This document shows positions 57,503-64,000 of a stretch of 64,000 bases of DNA, one piece after another; the stretch's first letter is position 1; every line of letters starts with the position of its first letter. The position numbers and the translations under genes were made by a program. Origin of the DNA: an uncultured Caldithrix sp. (GTDB lineage: Bacteria; Electryoneota; AABM5-125-24; Hatepunaeales; Hatepunaeaceae); the NCBI GenBank assembly GCA_964355675.1, contig CAYHEC010000010.1, forward strand, positions 41,160-105,159, given 5' to 3'. The notes below the pieces were generated by a model. The model did not search any database. It saw only the letters and a list, made by a program, of their open reading frames with translations, and had not been told where the DNA came from.

Positions 57503-60259
57503 CTAACATCTGTGCTTCATTGTGAAGACGTTCTGCGGCAGGAAATCATCCCGTTTTGCTTGCTTCAACTTTTTTAACTTTTGCATGAGGGTATTCGTAT
57601 CCTCGGAAGGAACAAGTTCATAACTTCTGGCTATCACCTCGAGCGCCGCCGTTACATCATTCGATTGTAAAAATTGTTCTGCCGCTAAAAGTAAGGCAGA
57701 AGCTTTGGCTTCTTTTTCAGGTAGAGTCTTCCACTGAATTTCCGGGAAAACATCCATCAGCGAATGAGCGCCTAACAATATTTTTAATACCCGAACCCGC
57801 GATGCTGTATCCAGTTGATTGCTTTCGGACCCAGGCTTGTCGTTGAGAATTTTGCAAATCGGAAACCCAATGTGTTTGATTTTCAACGATCCGATATTTT
57901 GCGCCCAGAACTTGTGATCGAATTGAAAAGTTCCTGTGTCTTCACCCCTCTTCAGTTCGCTAAGGCGACGTCTTCTTATCATCAAACCGGAGGACGGCAA
58001 GCAATCCCCTGATCTTAGTTTGGCGACGAGGAGCCTTTCACGATTATACCAATCCTCGTACCTTTTAGCCGATTTGACTCGCATGTTTTCATCTACAAGC
58101 ATAGAATCGCCGTACAGCACGTCGGCCGTGGGGATGATAGAATGTGCCTTTACCAAATTGTCTATCGCGTGAGGAAGCAGAACGCTGTCTCGATCAAGCC
58201 AGACGAGAAATTCCCCCTTTACCTCCGAAGTACCTGATCGAAAAATTGTGTCGAAGGCATCTTCGGTTACACTCTGCACGCGGTTATCCAAAACATAGGC
58301 ATCGCCCGATTGATCTACCAGAAAAACATCGAAGAAGGGATAATTTTGTGACAGAACACTATGCAGAGATTGCTCAAATAATGCTGATTCACGATTCGCG
58401 AACAATACTACCGTAATGTGCGGAGTAGGATCGATCTCATCGATTGTCCCGGCAATAGGAGCTGAATCGAAGACGATCTGTTTAAATTGATTAATCTCGG
58501 AATCGAGATTGAAGCGCTCCTCGACGAAATTTCTATATTCAATCGGTTGATGGTCATCTGAAAGAATCAGTTGGGCGGCCTCTTCAGGAGTGTCGAAGAT
58601 ATATTTGGTGTCGAACGACTCGCCTTGATTACCCAAATAATTATGAATAATGGGCTTCAGCCCAAGAGCCATGCCTTCGATAATTTCAAAGTGGTTGTTT
58701 TCGACTATACTGGTCGAAAGGATAAAATCCTTGTCACTCAACCACTCAATCATATTTTCGACCTGACCGTCGTAAGTAAAGTTCTGCTCGATTTTCAATT
58801 TCTTAATAACATCGATTATATAGCGATGCAGGGTTAAGTCTCTTATTCGACCGGCCATAAACAGATGATAGGACGGATCATTTTTCACAATCTGATTAAG
58901 TATCAAAGGCATTAGGGCTGGATTCATTTCACTATGGAAGTCGGACAAATAGGCAATTCGCTTTTCGCAACCCCTCTCGATCATATTAAATTCTCTTAAA
59001 TCAATGCCGTACGGAATTACATGAACTTGAGTATTTTGATCGATGTTACCTTGCAGTAATTGTTCGAAAAGTGCCCTGATCGATTTGCTCACGAAAATGA
59101 GATGGTCGATATTTTGCCAGTTGATCTGGCTTGGGGCTGGGGAGAATACTTCGGTGTTATGGAGCCGGCAAATCATTTTGCACACTTTGGGCATTCTTGA
59201 TGCCGGGATTACCGGGCCATTAGCCCATTCGAACCAGGAGACGTCGCTCCATTTCATCTGTTCGTGAAGCGTTTGCAAGGACAAATCAGTCGATTCAATA
59301 ACACGTACTTCACAGCCATCTAATCTCAATAAAGATGTGAATTCATTGATATATTTAAAATTATTATTGTCACCTGCAAAAAAAGCAAATTTGAAGGAGC
59401 TTGAAGCTCGAAGCACAGATTTTGGCGCGGAATTAACAATGGAGCGTGGTTGGAGCGTGGTTTTTGAGTTTGGGTCAGCAGATTTTAGTTTTGAAATCTC
59501 GGCCTGTCTCGATTCAATATTCGGAAGTATAATTTTGGAATACTTTCCCTTAAAATGGTCATTTACCTTAACATACATATCGATATCAACTTCACATTGT
59601 CGAATTCGCGAAAGAGACGTCCACATACCCGCGGTGTGGATTCGGTAATTTGCCATTATTTCATTAATATATCCGATTTTACCATGCTCTGCGTTCATAA
59701 TGTGGAGCGGCCAGTCACCCATCAATGTGGTTAAATACCATTCTGGAAAATCTTTTATTAATCCATTTCGGAACATTACCGAACATGTGGGGATGAAATT
59801 TCCGTGAAGAAGATCCTCAAGAGTTGAGATCGGTTTCTGGTTTCTTTGACAGTACTCCCAAGGCTGTTTACTGCCATCTTCGTAAAAACAGATGATGTTG
59901 TGAAATGAAATTGCTAATTCAGGATTTGCATCAAGCATATCCACTTGCTTCTGAAGCTTGTCCGGCGATATCCAGTAATCATCTCCCTCCAACATGGCGA
60001 TATACTCGCCTTGGCATGAGGCGAGAACTGATAAAAAATTCTTCGATGCGCCGAGATTCTTCTGTCGTAAAATGGGTCTGATCTTTTCGGGATTCTTGAT
60101 CGCCAATTCACGAATGATTTCCTGGGTTCGATCAGTCGAACAGTCATCACCAATAACAATTTCGTAGTCGAAATCTGTTAGTTGGAAAAGAGCGCTCTTC
60201 ACGGCCTGCGCGATAAACTTCTCATGATTGTAGGTTAGCATGATGATGCTAACTTTCAT
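57503..60259 (-). CDS. Large multidomain glycosyltransferase (GT2 - GT-B - GT2), WbdA-like polymerising transferase candidate
   Basis: N-terminal 'VSIIMLTYNHEKFI...IVIGDDCSTDRT' (GT2); second GT2-like 'ITVVLFANRESALFEQSLHSVLSQNY...DVFLVDQSGD' near residue 620; intervening GT-B-like region; 918 aa. Confidence 0.75.
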   Translation of the reverse strand: MKVSIIMLTYNHEKFIAQAVKSALFQLTDFDYEIVIGDDCSTDRTQEIIRELAIKNPEKIRPILRQKNLGASKNFLSVLASCQGEYIAMLEGDDYWISPDKLQKQVDMLDANPELAISFHNIICFYEDGSKQPWEYCQRNQKPISTLEDLLHGNFIPTCSVMFRNGLIKDFPEWYLTTLMGDWPLHIMNAEHGKIGYINEIMANYRIHTAGMWTSLSRIRQCEVDIDMYVKVNDHFKGKYSKIILPNIESRQAEISKLKSADPNSKTTLQPRSIVNSAPKSVLRASSSFKFAFFAGDNNNFKYINEFTSLLRLDGCEVRVIESTDLSLQTLHEQMKWSDVSWFEWANGPVIPASRMPKVCKMICRLHNTEVFSPAPSQINWQNIDHLIFVSKSIRALFEQLLQGNIDQNTQVHVIPYGIDLREFNMIERGCEKRIAYLSDFHSEMNPALMPLILNQIVKNDPSYHLFMAGRIRDLTLHRYIIDVIKKLKIEQNFTYDGQVENMIEWLSDKDFILSTSIVENNHFEIIEGMALGLKPIIHNYLGNQGESFDTKYIFDTPEEAAQLILSDDHQPIEYRNFVEERFNLDSEINQFKQIVFDSAPIAGTIDEIDPTPHITVVLFANRESALFEQSLHSVLSQNYPFFDVFLVDQSGDAYVLDNRVQSVTEDAFDTIFRSGTSEVKGEFLVWLDRDSVLLPHAIDNLVKAHSIIPTADVLYGDSMLVDENMRVKSAKRYEDWYNRERLLVAKLRSGDCLPSSGLMIRRRRLSELKRGEDTGTFQFDHKFWAQNIGSLKIKHIGFPICKILNDKPGSESNQLDTASRVRVLKILLGAHSLMDVFPEIQWKTLPEKEAKASALLLAAEQFLQSNDVTAALEVIARSYELVPSEDTNTLMQKLKKLKQAKRDDFLPQNVFTMKHRC

Positions 60260-60752
60260 CTTATGTTCCTTGCGTTGATGGATAGGATGGACAGAGTAGT
60301 CCAGAGACCGAGCTTTAGCTTGGATTGAGCAAACCCAATGCCATAGGAATTAATGGAAAGATAGGTGGAGGAGTTGAAATTCGAGAGGCAGTTATTGCTG
60401 AAAGGGATTCCCAACAGAGACAAATGGGAAAATATTGCCGATGTGTTTATACTATTGAGTCGGTTGAAAAACTCCCCGTCTTACCGAGTAAAATGTTCAA
60501 CCTCCTGACTTTTTCAGCAGACTCATAATGTCATTCTTCAATTTAGATTGATACTGCATAGAGATCAATCCGCTGTATTGCGGCAGATTGTGTCTTAACC
60601 CAAAACAAAATGCTTATTGGCACGAAGCGGTTTGACGACCGCTTCGGCCTCTAAGCGAAATGGGCGTATAGAGAGATACATCTTGATGAGCCCAACCTAC
60701 TGATATTCGTGGGCAGATATACATGAGTTTTTCTGAACAACTCACGGCACGA

Positions 60753-61415
60753 TCAGCCATCGCTCATATGCCACCCCTTCTCCATGGCCTTCACAGCCTT
60801 CCCAGGGCAACCAACAACAGTCGTGTTAGGCTCCACTGGATTGATTATGGTGCTACCAGCCCCAATGCGCGACCACTCGCCGATAGGGAGTTTCTCGAGT
60901 ATATTTGCTCCTGTTCCGATGAATGCTCCCTCATTGATACTCACATTTCCCGAAATGTGACATCCAGGTGAGACGGTAACAAAATCCGCGATTGTTGAAT
61001 CGTGCCCGATGGTACAGTCCAAATTGACATGAACATGCTTCCCGATCGTTATGTTCGTCGTGAGAATGCACCCGGCAGTGATGATACTTCCCTCACCAAT
61101 TACCACGCGACGAGTCACTATCGCCCGCGGATGCACGATGGAGCAGTACTTTGCCCCAAGAGTCTCCAACCGCTTGATCATACGATATCTGAGGTCAGGT
61201 GTACCTATCGCGCACGTCAACTCAACCCTGTTGACGTTTTTGGCGATCCACCTTGTATCTCCGAGGATTGGCAGTCCATTTATCAGTGTTCCCGGCGTTC
61301 CATATTGTCCATCAACTATGAACCCGATGCACTCCACCGAATTATCTCTCTCTTGGATGGCTTCGACAACATCAAGGACCTCGCGCGCGAAGCCGCCAGC
61401 GCCAATGATTGCAAT
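60753..61415 (-). CDS. NeuD/PglD-family sugar N-acyltransferase (hexapeptide repeat); N-terminus upstream of track ORF, candidate ATT start
   Basis: Hexapeptide repeats 'IGEGSIITAGCIL', 'IGTGANILEKLPIGEWSRIGAGSTI'; in-frame upstream codons encode 'KQIAIIGAGGFAREVLDVVEAIQ' (NeuD/PglD N-terminal motif) with no ATG/GTG/TTG back to TAG at 61515-61517. Confidence 0.7.
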   Translation of the reverse strand: MAIIGAGGFAREVLDVVEAIQERDNSVECIGFIVDGQYGTPGTLINGLPILGDTRWIAKNVNRVELTCAIGTPDLRYRMIKRLETLGAKYCSIVHPRAIVTRRVVIGEGSIITAGCILTTNITIGKHVHVNLDCTIGHDSTIADFVTVSPGCHISGNVSINEGAFIGTGANILEKLPIGEWSRIGAGSTIINPVEPNTTVVGCPGKAVKAMEKGWHMSDG

Positions 61416-62134
61416 TTGTTTTGGTTTGTTCGTTTTTAATCCATTTGTTTGGTAAACTTCGCAAGTCTGGCATGTTACGCTACATGCTGATTTCTCTGTC
61501 GCAAGGGAAAACTAAAACTCGTTTTTTCATATCAGTAATAATTTGCCATTTAGGTTTTTATTTGCTACTGTCTCGAAGATTATTTTTCGCAAGCTGAATC
61601 TGTTGACAGCAAAATAAGATACACCTGTATTTAGAAAAATCGATTTATAATCAGGTTTTTCGATTTACGAAATTTATTTAGGGTCTGCTGAAAAAGTCTA
61701 GCGACATTCAGGGAGTTGCCCTCGTCTGCTATTCCAGCGTACTTGACCAAACGGCTGACAAGGACATCCGAATGAACTCCATGTGCCGTCACGCGACAGC
61801 TTGGCCCGCCCAGCTATGCTGTGCGGGCTACTCGCCACGATTTTTATCATTTGGAATTTGGGCAATAGCCCCTCTTAGTCTTGCAATAGCATTGCTGATT
61901 CACTATCCTTGACATTGGTGAGGATGAATATTATCTTTGCAGTTTATATGAAGGTTGCGTGATTCTTGGCGACCTGGCAGAATAAGCATCCCGCTTACTT
62001 TCGCAATTGCCGTAAAACAATCTCAGTTAAGACCTGCCAAGAATAGGGTACGGCTTAAATGTAAGAGGAGTTTCCCAACTTATGGAGTTGCAGAAGGAAA
62101 GTAGAAGCCTCGAATCGGTTGAAGCACATTAGGC

Positions 62135-63340
62135 GTGAGAAAGCCGTTCGGGTTGCCATATCTGAAAATCAAAGGAATCCTATTCGATGAGCATCGCATC
62201 TATATGAGCGAATTTCTAACGAGTCTTCCACAAAAAGGGAGATTCACTGTCCGACTGCTTCTCTTCTGCTTGCTTTTTCTACTGATCTCTGAGATGGGGA
62301 TTCGTGTCTTTATCCCTACTTCAGATCCCCTCGCTTCAATCGCAGACAGTCACTATCTGATCAAACGCTATGATCCATCACAATACCACGAGGGAAGGTG
62401 GGTCTCAGGAAACCTTGCGCAGATCATTGGTCGATGGCGAGTCAACAACCTCGGCTACTTGTCTGAAATCGACTTTTCCCCCGATTCAATCCGCGTCAAA
62501 CCGGCGATTGGGTTGATCGGTGATTCCCATGTCGAGGCGTTTCAAGTTGATTTTAACAGACAGATGTCAGCGTTCCTTCAGAGTGAATTCGGCGATTCAA
62601 TTCTGGTTTATCGATATGGTAGATCGGGGTGGGCGTTTTCCCAATATCTCCACCAGACTCGCGTCGCGATGGCGGAAGTCTCATTAGATGCAATAATTTA
62701 TCTTTGTGCTCCAGAAGATATTTGGAATAGCGATTATTCAATAAATCACACACCATTTAATGTTCTGTTGAAGATAACCCCGACCGGAATTCAAGAAACC
62801 ACGCCAGTGATCGAGCAGAGATCGACGCTTGAACTGAGATTAATGCATAGTGCTATTCTACGGTACTTGGTATGGAACCGCAAATTCGACTTCGCCACTG
62901 GGTTGCATAGAAAGTCGGTAAAACTGATCCAAAATTCGGCCCCCCCTACAAATCATTCAAGTTATGACGACGAACAGAAGATGCGCATGATTACCGACTA
63001 CATCGTCGGATCACTTCGGCGAGAATTTCTCGGCACGCCGATTCTGTTCGTTATTAAACCTGAAAATGATCGTGCTCCTGAAGAGGAGGCAATTCTCCGG
63101 ATGATTGTGAGAGCGGCGGCTACGAATAACTGCGGGTACCTCGATTTGACAAGCGCTTTTAAGACTGCCAGTGAACAAGGCATTAAAGTTCGATTCGAAG
63201 GAGATTCTCATTTTACGGAGGCAGGGCATCAAGTTGCGGCAAAGGCGATCAAAGATTATCTCAGTTCATGGGAAGAATTCAGATCCAACTTCCGTCTCTC
63301 GCCAGACCCACTGTTTGATCGGCAAGAGTCTGCCCGATGA
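62135..63340 (+). CDS. SGNH/GDSL-type hydrolase-like protein (AlgX/AlgJ/PatB-like O-acetyltransferase partner)
   Basis: N-terminal signal anchor, 'GLIGDSHVEAF' GDS(H) block, C-terminal 'GDSHFTEAGH'; directly precedes an MBOAT gene with ATGA overlap. Confidence 0.55.
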   Translation: MRKPFGLPYLKIKGILFDEHRIYMSEFLTSLPQKGRFTVRLLLFCLLFLLISEMGIRVFIPTSDPLASIADSHYLIKRYDPSQYHEGRWVSGNLAQIIGRWRVNNLGYLSEIDFSPDSIRVKPAIGLIGDSHVEAFQVDFNRQMSAFLQSEFGDSILVYRYGRSGWAFSQYLHQTRVAMAEVSLDAIIYLCAPEDIWNSDYSINHTPFNVLLKITPTGIQETTPVIEQRSTLELRLMHSAILRYLVWNRKFDFATGLHRKSVKLIQNSAPPTNHSSYDDEQKMRMITDYIVGSLRREFLGTPILFVIKPENDRAPEEEAILRMIVRAAATNNCGYLDLTSAFKTASEQGIKVRFEGDSHFTEAGHQVAAKAIKDYLSSWEEFRSNFRLSPDPLFDRQESAR

Positions 63341-64000
63341 ACTTCACATCCACAATATTCTATCTGTTTTTCCCATTGGTGTTGGCGGCTTATTATCTGA
63401 TGGGAGTCGAAAAGCGTTTGCAGAACGGCATATTACTTATAGCGAGCGCAGTTTTCTATTGCTGGTTTGATTGGCGTATCTACGGATTGCTCATCGTGAG
63501 CGCTACGCTCGATTTTCTTATTGCGCGGATGATCTCCATACAATCCAGTCAGACTCAAAAGCGTGGATGGTTTATTGTCAGCATATTGGTTAACTTGCTT
63601 CCTTTGATATTTCTAAAGTATGCAACACTTTTGTTAGGGTCTTTAACCAGCGTAGCAGTCGCCATCGGCTTCAAGGACGGTTACAGGCTTGCTCCATTGA
63701 TGATACCTCTCGGGATCAGTTACTTCACCTTCGTGAAAATCAGCTACATGTCGGACATCTATCGAGGTAATCGTTCTCCTGAACGGAACTACCTTGATTT
63801 CATTGCCTTTATAACGTTCTTTCCAACCATCATTGCCGGCCCTATCGAACGATCCAAAACTCTACTCGATCAGTTGAAGGTGAAACGACTATTCGACGAT
63901 CAAAGGATGAGAACCGGATTGCGAATGATTTTATGCGGGTTTTTCAAGAAGTTGGTGATTGCAGATAATCTGGAACCGGTTATAAGCCGGGTATTCGCAA
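63337..64000 (+). CDS. MBOAT-family membrane-bound O-acyltransferase (AlgI/DltB/PatA-like), 3' end beyond window
   Basis: ATG at 63337; translation contains 'GISYFTF' and 'FFPTIIAGPIER' conserved MBOAT motifs; ORF runs to the window end and is therefore absent from the track. Confidence 0.85.
   Translation, partial: MNFTSTIFYLFFPLVLAAYYLMGVEKRLQNGILLIASAVFYCWFDWRIYGLLIVSATLDFLIARMISIQSSQTQKRGWFIVSILVNLLPLIFLKYATLLLGSLTSVAVAIGFKDGYRLAPLMIPLGISYFTFVKISYMSDIYRGNRSPERNYLDFIAFITFFPTIIAGPIERSKTLLDQLKVKRLFDDQRMRTGLRMILCGFFKKLVIADNLEPVISRVFA

Noticed and set aside
60325-60528. 67-aa plus-strand ORF in the 60260-60752 gap
   Set aside because: No domain, no conserved motif; probably a chance ORF in a promoter region.
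61002-61455. Plus-strand ORFs of 145 and 134 aa
   Set aside because: Antisense to the NeuD/PglD-like acetyltransferase, whose hexapeptide repeats are unambiguous on the minus strand.
1-64000. Mobile element or genomic island boundaries (transposase, integrase, tRNA attachment site)
   Set aside because: No transposase or integrase-like ORF, no terminal inverted repeats and no tRNA-like cloverleaf were recognised by eye; compositional patchiness alone is not enough.

Overview
This 64-kb window is almost entirely a surface-glycan biosynthesis region, read by eye from the six-frame ORF track; no search or computation was run, so all family calls rest on recognised motifs. Positions 103-39970 form a dense minus-strand array: GT2/GT4/GT9 glycosyltransferases, a Wzy/O-antigen-ligase-like protein, a Wzm/Wzt-type ABC exporter, an orphan ParB-family gene, and several nucleotide-sugar pathways. 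The pathways are a Gmd + ColD-like + Fcl/ColC-like set (GDP-3,6-dideoxyhexose), a WbpB/WbpE/WbpD-like triad, a NeuB/NeuC/NeuA nonulosonic-acid module with an AsnB-like amidotransferase, and a split transketolase pair. On the plus strand, 40419-48908 encodes a 2829-aa secreted protein with three parallel beta-helix modules, an LVIVD propeller and a T9SS-type C-terminal sorting domain, which suggests an FCB-group host. It is followed by a minus-strand outer-membrane-like protein and lipoprotein, a second glycosyltransferase/aminotransferase block (52379-61415), and a plus-strand SGNH + MBOAT O-acylation pair that runs off the window end. The most unusual observations are three genes whose conserved N-termini lie upstream of any ATG/GTG/TTG with an in-frame ATT/ATC where Met is expected, the giant T9SS protein with an unassigned ~415-aa insert, a tandem nucleotidyltransferase-fold protein, and plus-strand terminator-like hairpins between minus-strand genes. 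No rRNA, tRNA, CRISPR array or transposase/integrase was recognised.
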